Part shown: positions 18,124 to 26,453 of the stretch, piece by piece
How positions within the stretch are numbered: position 1 is the stretch's first letter
How the letters are laid out: each line of letters begins with the position of its first letter
The notes under the pieces: model-generated
Databases searched by the model: none
Seen by the model: the letters and a program-made list of their open reading frames with translations, nothing else
What the model was told of the DNA's origin: nothing
Assembly: GCA_036504735.1 (NCBI GenBank)
Contig: DASXUQ010000009.1
Location: forward strand, 1-64,000
Length of the DNA stretch: 64,000 bases
Source: a bacterium
GTDB taxonomy: Bacteria > Electryoneota > RPQS01
Reading direction: 5' to 3'
Program-made: the position numbers and the translations under genes

Positions 18124-18837
18124 TTGAAGCCGGGAATCTGCTTGCTGATGCCGACAATAACGGAAACTACGGGAAGGCCGGTACCGGTGAGCAAGGCGAA
18201 CAGAGTGGAAATACCGGCAGATACGCAGACACCTCGCGCCCGAATTCTGGCCGCCGCTACGCACCTGTTTGCCGAACACGGATTCAAGGGGACCAACACC
18301 CGCGCCATTGCCGAGAGTGCCGGGGTGAAGCAGGTCATGCTCCACTACTATTACGGCAGCAAGGAGCGGTTGTATGAAGCGGTCCTCAAGCATGAAGGCC
18401 TGGCGATGCTGACCGTGATCTTCGGCACGGATCCCGACCGGAAATCTTCGCTGGACATGTTGATCAGTTCGCCGATCCGCTTGATGACAGTGCTGCGGGA
18501 CAACCCGCAGTGGTCCTCGCTGTTGCGGCGGGAAATTGCCGATGGCGCCGAGCATCTGCGCGCGGCACTGCGCGACATCGGAGAGCACGGCCCGCTCGGC
18601 GCAAATCTGCATTTTCAGGATGCCTACATGGATGCGGTGCACGAAGGCAAAGCGGTCAATCTGCCCGTGGAAGCGGTCGGGGAGTGCTTGCTGGCTATCG
18701 GGTACAGCGCCATTTATCTGGCGCCGCTGATTTTGATGATCAGTGAACGGGACATTCAGGATGATGCCGTGTGGGAGGAATGGACGCTGACCTTGAGCAC
18801 GATTCTCCACAGGGGACTGTTGACCGACAAGCCGTGA
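18124..18837 (+). CDS. TetR/AcrR family transcriptional regulator
   Basis: HTH RARILAAATHLFAEHGFKGTNTRAIAESAGV. Start 18124 vs 18148 is uncertain. Confidence 0.8.
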   Translation: MKPGICLLMPTITETTGRPVPVSKANRVEIPADTQTPRARILAAATHLFAEHGFKGTNTRAIAESAGVKQVMLHYYYGSKERLYEAVLKHEGLAMLTVIFGTDPDRKSSLDMLISSPIRLMTVLRDNPQWSSLLRREIADGAEHLRAALRDIGEHGPLGANLHFQDAYMDAVHEGKAVNLPVEAVGECLLAIGYSAIYLAPLILMISERDIQDDAVWEEWTLTLSTILHRGLLTDKP

Positions 18838-18864
18838 CCGTCCGCTGCAACTAAAAAGGATGAT

Positions 18865-19053
18865 ATGGAGACGAATATTACAGGTTTAATTCTCGGCATA
18901 CTGCTCATCGCATTGCTGGCGGTGCTCGTCACCCTGGTAGGCGCGTATATTTCGCTGATGATGAAGAGCGCCTGCCCGCACTGCCGGACCCTGATGCCGC
19001 GCAAGGCCGCCCTTTGTCCGCATTGCGGAAAAGCCGCTCTGCAGACCACCTGA
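18865..19053 (+). CDS. small membrane-anchored zinc-ribbon protein (TM + CPHC...CPHC)
   Basis: 62 aa: one TM helix, then CPHCRTLMPRKAALCPHC. Paralog of 20300..20461. Confidence 0.5.
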   Translation: METNITGLILGILLIALLAVLVTLVGAYISLMMKSACPHCRTLMPRKAALCPHCGKAALQTT

Positions 19054-19198
19054 TCGTTACCGAACGTCTTGTTCTCACGCATATTTAAAAGACGGGCCGT
19101 GTTTCGCAGAGCGGAAGCGGCTCCTATGACGGCCTGCCGGGCGGTGCTCGCACCGGACCGGTGCATTTATCGTTTAGTTGGGTATTGGGTGTTTGGCT

Positions 19199-20245
19199 AT
19201 GCATCGCGAAGATTCCCGTCTGGGCGCTGTAGACACGACGACCGCTGTCAAGCCGGTCCAGTCCACAGCCGCCAGCGTATGGCAGGTGGTAAATACCATC
19301 CCCCCGTTTTGTGGTCTGCTGTTTCTCATGTACCGTTTGCTGCCGGTCTCCTATCTGTTGGTTCTGGCGCTGGCGGTTCTTGCGGCGGGCTTTATGGTCC
19401 GCACGTTCATCATCCAGCATGATTGCGGCCACGGCTCCTTCTTCAAGTCCCGCAAGGCTAACGACCGGATGGGCTGGTTCTGTAGCCTGTTCACGCTGAT
19501 CCCCTATCACTACTGGAAGCGGGAACACGCACTGCACCACGCCACCAGCGGCAACCTGGACCGGCGTGGCTACGGTGATATGGACATCTTCACGGTAGGC
19601 GAATACATGCAGCTCTCCCGCTGGAAGCGGTTCCGCTATCGCGCGTATCGCCATCCGCTGGTGTTTCTGCTGGTCGGTCCGCCGGTCGCGGTCCTGCTGC
19701 AGCATCGCATGGCTTCCGACAAGAAGCAAACCACCAAGCGGCAGCGGCGCAATGTCTACACGACAAACCTGACGATGGTCTCCACGGTGCTCATCCTCGG
19801 ATGGCTGATGGGATTCGTCAACCTGCTGCTGATTGCCGTTCCGGTGCTGTATCTTGCGCTGGGCGCAGGGATCTGGCTGTTTTACATCCAGCACCAGTTC
19901 GAACACACCTACTGGAAACGCGGCGCGGAATGGAACAGCATCCATGCGGCCATGCAGGGAAGTTCCTTTTACAAGCTGCCGAAAGTCCTCCAGTGGTTTA
20001 CGGGCAATATCGGCTTCCATCACATCCATCATCTCGATGAGCACATGCCCAACTACCGGCTGCCGCAGATTTACGAGCAGCACCCGGAGTTGCAGGATGT
20101 CTTCACGGTGACCATCAGGTCCAGCCTGAAGACGGCGTTCCTGAGTGTGTGGGATGAGCGGCAGGAGCGGCTGATCAGCTTCCGCGAGTTGAAGCGGCGC
20201 TACAGCGGCGAGCCGGCGGAGGATGCGGTTTCCAGTGCGGGGTAA
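19199..20245 (+). CDS. membrane fatty acid desaturase family protein
   Basis: His boxes HDCGH, HALHH, HHIHH. Multiple TM segments. ATG at 19199 (the track ORF begins with TTG at 19178). Confidence 0.85.
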   Translation: MHREDSRLGAVDTTTAVKPVQSTAASVWQVVNTIPPFCGLLFLMYRLLPVSYLLVLALAVLAAGFMVRTFIIQHDCGHGSFFKSRKANDRMGWFCSLFTLIPYHYWKREHALHHATSGNLDRRGYGDMDIFTVGEYMQLSRWKRFRYRAYRHPLVFLLVGPPVAVLLQHRMASDKKQTTKRQRRNVYTTNLTMVSTVLILGWLMGFVNLLLIAVPVLYLALGAGIWLFYIQHQFEHTYWKRGAEWNSIHAAMQGSSFYKLPKVLQWFTGNIGFHHIHHLDEHMPNYRLPQIYEQHPELQDVFTVTIRSSLKTAFLSVWDERQERLISFRELKRRYSGEPAEDAVSSAG

Positions 20246-20299
20246 CAGGTTTCCTATCGTCATGTCCGGCATATGTAATTCCTGAAAGGAACACTCGCC

Positions 20300-20461
20300 A
20301 TGGTCGGAATTATCATTATCGTGGTCCTTGTCGGCGTGGCCGTGGCGGCGTTCTACACCATCTCCTCCTCCAAGCGCATGTGTCCTCACTGCCACTCAAC
20401 GATGCCGAAGAAATCGGTCAAGTGTCCCCATTGCCGCCGGGCCGTTCCACTGGGATACTAA
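20300..20461 (+). CDS. small membrane-anchored zinc-ribbon protein (paralog)
   Basis: Not in the ORF track (53 aa): MVGIIIIVVLVGVAVAAFYTISSSKRMCPHCHSTMPKKSVKCPHCRRAVPLGY. Read directly from the sequence. Confidence 0.45.
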   Translation: MVGIIIIVVLVGVAVAAFYTISSSKRMCPHCHSTMPKKSVKCPHCRRAVPLGY

Positions 20462-20529
20462 CAGCACTTTCGCGTATCCGAAAACTCCCGGTGAAGTGTT
20501 CACCGCCACGATCCAAGGCATTGCAGACT

Positions 20530-20985
20530 ATGAAGCACACATTACTGGCCGTGATTGCCGCAGGACTTGCCGTTTTGATTTTGACCGCAGGCTGCAACAA
20601 GTCCCTGAAACAGACCATCGAGCGGGCCAAGGGCAACGCCGCCGAAGAGCAACGGGCCGAAGAGCGGGCCGTGCAAGACTCGGAGTCGGACTACATGGAT
20701 GAATGGCAGGCTTTCCGCGGCAACGCGGAAAAGCAGATTGCCGCGAACGCCGTGACCATCGATGAGCTGAAGGCCAAGGCCGCCGGAGCCGATGAGAAGG
20801 TCCGGGCAAAGTTCAGCGCCACGGTGGACGTTCTGGTGCAGAAGAATAAAGAATTGAAAGGCAAGCTGGACGCCTATCAGGATGAAGGCAAAATCAACTG
20901 GGACGCGTTCAAGCGGGACTTTTCCCATGACCTTGAGAGTCTGGGGCAATCTCTAAAGGATCTCGATGCAACCGCGAAAAAGTAG
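20530..20985 (+). CDS. coiled-coil lipoprotein, hypothetical
   Basis: MKHTLLAVIAAGLAVLILTAGC lipobox. Charged helical remainder. Confidence 0.55.
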   Translation: MKHTLLAVIAAGLAVLILTAGCNKSLKQTIERAKGNAAEEQRAEERAVQDSESDYMDEWQAFRGNAEKQIAANAVTIDELKAKAAGADEKVRAKFSATVDVLVQKNKELKGKLDAYQDEGKINWDAFKRDFSHDLESLGQSLKDLDATAKK

Positions 20986-21025
20986 CGCCGGAATTCCCGA
21001 GGGACGAAACGGAGGGACGAAACTG

Positions 21026-22036
21026 ATGAAAGCACGAGTGAACCGGCAGATTCTGCTGGTGAAACGGCCGTCGGGAATGCCCGAGGAGAGCGATTTCCGC
21101 ATGGTGGAATCGCCGCTGCCGTCGCCCCAGGACGGCGAAGTTCTGATCGAAACCCATTACCTTTCCGTCGACCCCTCCATGCGCGGCCGGATGAACGAGC
21201 GCAAGGCGTTCACGCCGCCGTTTGTCCTGAATGAAGTGATCATAGGCAGCGCGGTGGGAAAAATCACGGACAGCCGTTCGCCGCTTTTCCACAAGGGGGA
21301 TTACGTGTCGGGCATGCTGGCGTGGGAGGATTACTCTGTCGCCAACGAAAACAACGTGCGCAAGATCAATCCGGATCTGGCTCCGGTGAGCACGGCGCTG
21401 GGCGTCTTAGGGATGCCCGGTCTGACGGCCTACTTCGGGATGCTGGAGATCGGCAAGCCCAAACCCGGTGAGACGGTGGTGATTTCGGCAGCGGCCGGCG
21501 CCGTCGGCGCGTTAGCCGGCCAGATCGCCAAGCTCATGGAGTGCCGCGTGGTCGGCATCGCCGGCTCTCACCGCAAGGTGAAGTATATGCTCGACGATCT
21601 GGGCTTTGACGCGGCCATCAATTACAAGAATCCGTCGGATATCCGGGCCTCGCTGGGCAAAGCCTGCCGCGACGGTGTGGACATCTATTTCGATAACGTC
21701 GGCGGCGACATTTCCGATGCCGTCTTTGCCCTGATCAACGACAATGCGCGCATCCCGATCTGCGGCCAGATTGCGCTGTACAATATGAAAGAAACCCACG
21801 GCGGACCGCGGGTTCAGGCGCAGCTTCTCTCGCACACGGCGATCATGCAGGGATTCCGGGTCGGGCAGTATGCCGACCGGTTCGAAGAAGGCCGCGCCCA
21901 GCTTTCCGAATGGCTCTCGCAGGGAAAAATCAAAGTGAGCGAGAGCATCGTGGAAGGGCTGGAGAATACGCCGCGGGCTTTTCTGGGACTATTCCGGGGC
22001 GAAAACCTCGGCAAGCAACTGGTCAAGGTGTGCTGA
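21026..22036 (+). CDS. NADP-dependent oxidoreductase, MDR superfamily (YncB/PTGR-like)
   Basis: Motif AAAGAVGALAGQIAKL. Typical zinc-independent MDR. Confidence 0.85.
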   Translation: MKARVNRQILLVKRPSGMPEESDFRMVESPLPSPQDGEVLIETHYLSVDPSMRGRMNERKAFTPPFVLNEVIIGSAVGKITDSRSPLFHKGDYVSGMLAWEDYSVANENNVRKINPDLAPVSTALGVLGMPGLTAYFGMLEIGKPKPGETVVISAAAGAVGALAGQIAKLMECRVVGIAGSHRKVKYMLDDLGFDAAINYKNPSDIRASLGKACRDGVDIYFDNVGGDISDAVFALINDNARIPICGQIALYNMKETHGGPRVQAQLLSHTAIMQGFRVGQYADRFEEGRAQLSEWLSQGKIKVSESIVEGLENTPRAFLGLFRGENLGKQLVKVC

Positions 22037-22101
22037 TCCGGATTCGTCCGGTTTCCGCAGACTCACGCAATTTTCGATTTCAATAGATGCCTCAAGGGAG
22101 G

Positions 22102-22219
22102 CTCTTCGCAGGCCACTGTCACGAGATGTTTGGACTTACACATTCTTCTTCGGCTGGCGATAGGTTATCAGGTGGCAGGAAGGGGACGCCATCCCCGCCA
22201 ATCCGGAAAGGATCATATC
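22102..22219 (+). promoter_or_regulatory. conserved 5' leader of RRM gene (shared with leader at 39146..39258)
   Basis: Blocks ctcttcgcaggccactgtcacgaga, ttcggctggcga, and hairpin gggacgccatccc immediately 5' of the SD ggaaagga. Confidence 0.55.
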
Positions 22220-22495
22220 ATGGTCAACATTTACGTGGGCAATCTGTCCTACAACACGTCGGAAGACGATCTTCGTCAGCTCTTCGAATCGCACGGCACG
22301 GTCGACCGCGCCAACCTCGCGATGGACCGTGGCACGGGCCGCGCCCGCGGCTTCGGCTTTGTGGAAATGCCGAATGACGCCGAAGCGAGAACCGCCATTG
22401 ACTCGCTGAACGAGACCGAACTGGGCGGCCGCAAGCTGATGGTCAACGAGGCCAAGCCGAAGGTCGAACGCAGCTCGCGCCAGGACCGCTGGTAA
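22220..22495 (+). CDS. RRM-type RNA-binding protein (glycine/arginine tail)
   Basis: MVNIYVGNLSYNTSEDDL. RNP1 RGFGFVEM. Confidence 0.9.
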   Translation: MVNIYVGNLSYNTSEDDLRQLFESHGTVDRANLAMDRGTGRARGFGFVEMPNDAEARTAIDSLNETELGGRKLMVNEAKPKVERSSRQDRW

Positions 22496-22516
22496 GCGCC
22501 AAGTTCTGATACACGT

Positions 22517-22547
22517 AGCGGGGCGGACCTTTAAGGTCCGCCCCGCT
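22517..22547 (+). terminator. GC-rich hairpin after RRM gene
   Basis: agcggggcggacc tttaa ggtccgccccgct. No clear T-run. Confidence 0.45.
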
Positions 22548-22587
22548 ATGACTCATCGGCTGGAAACCACGACAGTGAGAATACCCT

Positions 22588-22890
22588 GTGATGAACGGCA
22601 AGCAATTCGGTTTTGAAGAAGCGAAGCGGATCGGTGACGCGCTGGGCGCGGACTGGAATATGTTTCCGGTCGAACAGTTCCGCCTCGGTCTGGGTGTGGA
22701 ACTCGAGCATGGCAGCAGGGATCCGCAGACGGATGTCACCCATGACGATCTTCTCTTGACCGGACGGATTGTGTGGGCACACCTGAAAGAGATTCCCGAC
22801 TACTACACGCGCCTTCTCAAAATGGAGAAAGAAGCGGGCAAGTACTGGGCCTCGGAAATGAACTTTCCCCGGAAGAACCCCGGACGCTGA
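22588..22890 (+). CDS. conserved hypothetical protein (DUF-type)
   Basis: 100 aa. Motif LTGRIVWAHLKEIPDYYTRL. Confidence 0.5.
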   Translation: MMNGKQFGFEEAKRIGDALGADWNMFPVEQFRLGLGVELEHGSRDPQTDVTHDDLLLTGRIVWAHLKEIPDYYTRLLKMEKEAGKYWASEMNFPRKNPGR

Positions 22891-22984
22891 CCGCACAACC
22901 GGCTTATGACCGCCTCGCACTGACCTTTGTGAAGTTTACTTTGCAAAGGTTTTTTGTGCCTCGAACCGCTTCGCGAGAAGAGGT

Positions 22985-23347
22985 TTATTTCATCGAGAGG
23001 CAGGTGAAGATCCGGCGCGAACTGCCGTCCTGCAACGGAATGGGCGCTTCCATGATGCGGCGGATACTGTCGGGCGAAATCCGGGCCGGATCATAGGTGA
23101 ACACCGCGCGATGCTCGGTGGCATACGTTTCGATGGCCGCAACGCCGGGGGTCTCTTCGTAGAGACGGGTAAGAAAGGCCGCGGTTCCTTTGCATTTCAA
23201 ACCCTGCACCGTGCAGGAAATCTTCTGGCCGCCCTTTCCACCAAGGGAGATATTCGTGGTGGGCTGTGTGAAGACTGAGCGCAGCACATAGCCTCCCAAC
23301 AGCGTCGCCAGCACCAAAAGGGGCAGAATATAGCGGGGGAGTTTCAT
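22985..23347 (-). CDS. membrane-anchored HMA-like (ferredoxin-fold) protein with atypical C-x6-C site
   Basis: Signal/anchor. KISCTVQGLKCKGTAAFLTRL...VAAIETYATEHRAVFTYDP resembles an HMA domain but lacks MxCxxC. Confidence 0.4.
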   Translation of the reverse strand: MKLPRYILPLLVLATLLGGYVLRSVFTQPTTNISLGGKGGQKISCTVQGLKCKGTAAFLTRLYEETPGVAAIETYATEHRAVFTYDPARISPDSIRRIMEAPIPLQDGSSRRIFTCLSMK

Positions 23348-23366
23348 CCGAGTCCTCCGGCAAAGG

Positions 23367-24146
23367 TTACAGGGTGGCTTTCAGTTCCAGAGCGTCTTTG
23401 ACCGGACACGCATCCACGCACTCCAGACAAAGGGTGCAGTCGCGGTGACGCAGCTTGACCACCGATTGCGGAGCAAGGTTCTGCGGACACTTTTTCTGGC
23501 ACACATTGCACATGGTGCAGGTCGCTTCGTTACGAACGACCTTCAGGACACCGAGGCGGCTGAGCGGGTCCAGCGTGGCTCCCAGCGGGCAGAGGTAGCG
23601 GCAGAAGAACATGGGGATAAGCAGCGCGCCCGCCACCAGAGCGCCCAGCACGATCCAGCTCGTGATGCCCAGTGCGCCGTGCCCGAAGCCGGAGAAGATC
23701 AGAAAGAAAGGATCGTAGCCGCGCAGAATCAGTTCGCCACTCTTGTAGGTAAAGTACAGCGTCAGCGCAAGGGCCAAATAGCGCAGACCTTTTAGAGCGC
23801 TGTTCACTTTGGGCGAAGGTTGCGGCCTTTTCTTCCAGAATAGCCCCGTGAGACGCGCGCCAAGCTCTCCTAAGAAGCCGATAGGACATGCCCAGCCACA
23901 GAAAGCTTTCTTGGCAACGAGCGCCAGCAACAGCACGCCGATCAGCAGCGAGAGATTCAGCGGCCCGAGAGTGCAACTGAATTCACGAGTCTGATACAGG
24001 CCCCAGAGGCTTTCCACTCCGCCGAACGGACAGAAATCTTCGAAGGACCGGCCGCCAAAACCGAGCGCCAGATAAGCCACGAGGGCAAGGATGACGCTGA
24101 GCAACGAGTAGCGCAGCCAGCGGGTGGAGGGAGTCCGTTTCTTCAT
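23367..24146 (-). CDS. NapH/MauN-like membrane polyferredoxin (4Fe-4S binding)
   Basis: CGWACPIG and CRYLCPLG TM-associated motifs. C-terminal CTMCNVCQKKCP ... CTLCLECVDACP clusters. Confidence 0.7.
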   Translation of the reverse strand: MKKRTPSTRWLRYSLLSVILALVAYLALGFGGRSFEDFCPFGGVESLWGLYQTREFSCTLGPLNLSLLIGVLLLALVAKKAFCGWACPIGFLGELGARLTGLFWKKRPQPSPKVNSALKGLRYLALALTLYFTYKSGELILRGYDPFFLIFSGFGHGALGITSWIVLGALVAGALLIPMFFCRYLCPLGATLDPLSRLGVLKVVRNEATCTMCNVCQKKCPQNLAPQSVVKLRHRDCTLCLECVDACPVKDALELKATL

Positions 24147-24256
24147 ACGCGAACATATCCTGAGATAGATGTGGGCGGCACAAGCACAAAAGGCGGGCAG
24201 GATCCGTCCCGCCCGCCTTCTGCTCGATAAACCTGTTCGATTCTTACGCCGTCCGG

Positions 24257-24667
24257 TTACTTCTTGGGAGTGCAGCCAGCTTTAGCTTTCATGGGGCAGC
24301 CGCCGCCGGACATGGTGGCGCACTTGGTGGGATCACACGTTCCCGCCGCAGCGGTTTTGACCGCGCCGGTCTTCATCATTGCTCCGTGGTTCTGGCAATT
24401 GCCGGGGCAGCGACCGTCTTTCTTGCACTGCTCCATGTTGACGCACTTTCCGTCCTTATGATGGACCGCCATGCTGTCGCACACGCCGTCCTTGTTGCCG
24501 TCCACGAACTTTGCACAGGTCGCCGCGCAGGTATGGCCTGCCATGGTGGCCGTCGAATCTTTTGCCGGGGCCTTCATGGCCGCATCTTCCGAGAAGGCGG
24601 ATCCGGCGAGACCGATCACAAACATCAACGCCAGCGAGATGAACACCAAGGTCGCACTCTTCTTCAT
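24257..24667 (-). CDS. secreted Cys/Met/His-rich putative metal-binding protein
   Basis: Signal peptide. 16 Cys in 110 aa (HTCAATCAKF, CDSMAVHH, CPGNCQNHGAMM, CDPTKC, GGGCPM). Confidence 0.55.
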   Translation of the reverse strand: MKKSATLVFISLALMFVIGLAGSAFSEDAAMKAPAKDSTATMAGHTCAATCAKFVDGNKDGVCDSMAVHHKDGKCVNMEQCKKDGRCPGNCQNHGAMMKTGAVKTAAAGTCDPTKCATMSGGGCPMKAKAGCTPKK

Positions 24668-24693
24668 GACTTTCCCTTTCGAAATCGAATGAC

Positions 24694-25233
24694 TTATTTC
24701 CTATCGTTCCGGATATGATTTTTCTGGCAACCGGTTTGTTCGCCGCTCATTATGCCGGCATGTCCCACGCAGCCGCCGTTGTTGCGCATCATGGCAAACA
24801 GGGTTGTCTGCTGCGTGGCGTTCAGCACACGTTTTTCCTCGAGCAGATGATTAACTACCAGCCGCTGCATGCGTTGCTGCACCGTGCCGATCTCACCTTC
24901 CTTGGCCTCAATCGCCACCGGGTTAACCTGCGGCTCGGCCAGCAGGTCCATCAGTTGCCCCCGCAGAGAGTCGGCGGTGGTGCCCAGTGTTGCGGATGCC
25001 GTTTGGAAATCCCGCTGCAGTGGTTCCAGGGAGCGCCATTGTTCGGCGGTAGTTCCCAGCGCGCGGTGCAGAGGGCACCAGATGCGGCAACTGCTGTCCG
25101 GCATGCAGACGGTCTTTTGAGGTCTGGCCGCGCGCGCGGTCTGCGTGAGCGTCTTCATTCCCCACGCAGTGACGAACGCGACGTTCAGGCTGACCGAAAG
25201 GATGATGAGCAGAATGCGAGTTCTGGAGTGCAT
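24694..25233 (-). CDS. periplasmic heavy-metal sensor (Metal_resist/Spy-CpxP-like, LTxxQ motifs)
   Basis: Signal anchor. LNATQQ-type repeats. Typical partner of ECF/anti-sigma pairs. Confidence 0.55.
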   Translation of the reverse strand: MHSRTRILLIILSVSLNVAFVTAWGMKTLTQTARAARPQKTVCMPDSSCRIWCPLHRALGTTAEQWRSLEPLQRDFQTASATLGTTADSLRGQLMDLLAEPQVNPVAIEAKEGEIGTVQQRMQRLVVNHLLEEKRVLNATQQTTLFAMMRNNGGCVGHAGIMSGEQTGCQKNHIRNDRK

Positions 25234-25236
25234 GGC

Positions 25237-25740
25237 TTACCTCCCGCCATCGGTTGGAGCGGCGAGAGTCAAGTAGACTTCCGCAGGCGATCCGCCGGGG
25301 CTGTCGGACAGGTAGTCCGCATGAATGGAAGAGGCAGGATCGGGATCGGGCACGGTGGCCGCAACCATCGGAACACGCGTCACACCGGCAGAATTCCATC
25401 CCAGCCATGTTCCTACGGACAGGCCGACCATCAGCACGATTACCGCAGCGGCGCGCATGGTGGACGGTAGGGCCTCCCACCAGTCTATATGCAGCAGGCG
25501 ACGCGGCTTGGGGGAAGCCAGTTGGGTTTGACCGCGCGCCACAATCCGTGCCGCAAGCCCTGCCGGGACCTCGGGGATCACGCTTTCCTGCACTGTGGAG
25601 GCCAGCCGTTCGAGCCGCGCCATTTCCTCCCGGCACTTCTCGCAGGAGCGCAGGTGTTCTTCCACCGCGGATCGCTCTGTGGCGGACAACTCGCGGTCGG
25701 CAAATGCGCCAAGCTGATTTCGAATTCTATCGCATGTCAC
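25237..25740 (-). CDS. anti-sigma factor (zf-HC2, single TM)
   Basis: HLRSCEKCR zinc finger. TM AAAVIVLMVGLSVGTWLGW. GTG 25740 preceded by AGGAGGAG. Confidence 0.7.
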   Translation of the reverse strand: MTCDRIRNQLGAFADRELSATERSAVEEHLRSCEKCREEMARLERLASTVQESVIPEVPAGLAARIVARGQTQLASPKPRRLLHIDWWEALPSTMRAAAVIVLMVGLSVGTWLGWNSAGVTRVPMVAATVPDPDPASSIHADYLSDSPGGSPAEVYLTLAAPTDGGR

Positions 25741-25810
25741 GGCTTTTGAACTCCTCCTATCTATAAACGGACAACCTTGCAAAATCCCCCGCCGTCCCTC
25801 AACTACCGAG

Positions 25811-26356
25811 CTAATCCCAGTCCTTTAAAGTATTTCCCAGTGCCTCGCGGCCTCTTGCCAGCAGTCGCTCCACCGCTTTTTCTGTCGTGTCCATGGCTTC
25901 AGCAATGTCGCGGTAACTGCAATCCTCGTAATAGCGGAGGATGATGGCCAGCCGCTGATTAGGAGGCAAGAGGGTAATCCCGCGCCGCACCGCTGAAGCT
26001 TGCTCCTCGCGGACGACAATTCCATCGGGCAACGGCGAAGTATCCGCACATTCGGGCAGTTCATCGCAGACCACAGGCCGTTTCTTTTCCATATGATCCA
26101 GGCACAGACGGCAAATAATGCGGGAGAGATAGGTTCGGAAGGACGCGGTGGGGCGGTAGCGCGCGGCGGCGGCCAGCAATCTTAGAAAGGCATCCTGCAC
26201 CAGATCTTCGGCATCTTCCCGGTTGCCGACAAAGCGGTACGCAACGCTCCACGCGAACGCCTGATGCCGCAGGACAATCTGTTCGAAAGCCTGCACATCT
26301 CCCTGGCCCGCGGCCAGCATCAGCTCGTCGTCGCGTGGAGTTTGAATCATGGCCAT
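25811..26356 (-). CDS. ECF RNA polymerase sigma factor
   Basis: Region 2 (DAEDLVQDAFL) and region 4 (SYRDIAEAMDTTEKAVERLLARGR). ATG 26356 or 26350. Confidence 0.85.
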   Translation of the reverse strand: MAMIQTPRDDELMLAAGQGDVQAFEQIVLRHQAFAWSVAYRFVGNREDAEDLVQDAFLRLLAAAARYRPTASFRTYLSRIICRLCLDHMEKKRPVVCDELPECADTSPLPDGIVVREEQASAVRRGITLLPPNQRLAIILRYYEDCSYRDIAEAMDTTEKAVERLLARGREALGNTLKDWD

Positions 26357-26387
26357 CAAATTAGCAAAATAACCGGCCCAAGTCAAA

Positions 26388-26415
26388 TGAAAGAACCAGC
26401 CCACGCTGGTTCTTT
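26388..26415. terminator. bidirectional hairpin terminator between YeeE-rhodanese and ECF genes
   Basis: gaaccagc ccac gctggttc flanked by A/T runs. Confidence 0.55.
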
Positions 26416-26453
26416 TTCGATACCATCCTGTTTGGGCAGCAACCCACTGCGGG

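Noticed and set aside
17965-18810. 281-aa minus ORF
   Set aside because: Overlaps the TetR gene antisense and the AT-rich intergenic region. No motifs. TetR on plus has a clear HTH.
19124-20395. 423-aa minus ORF
   Set aside because: Antisense to the desaturase (His-box) gene.
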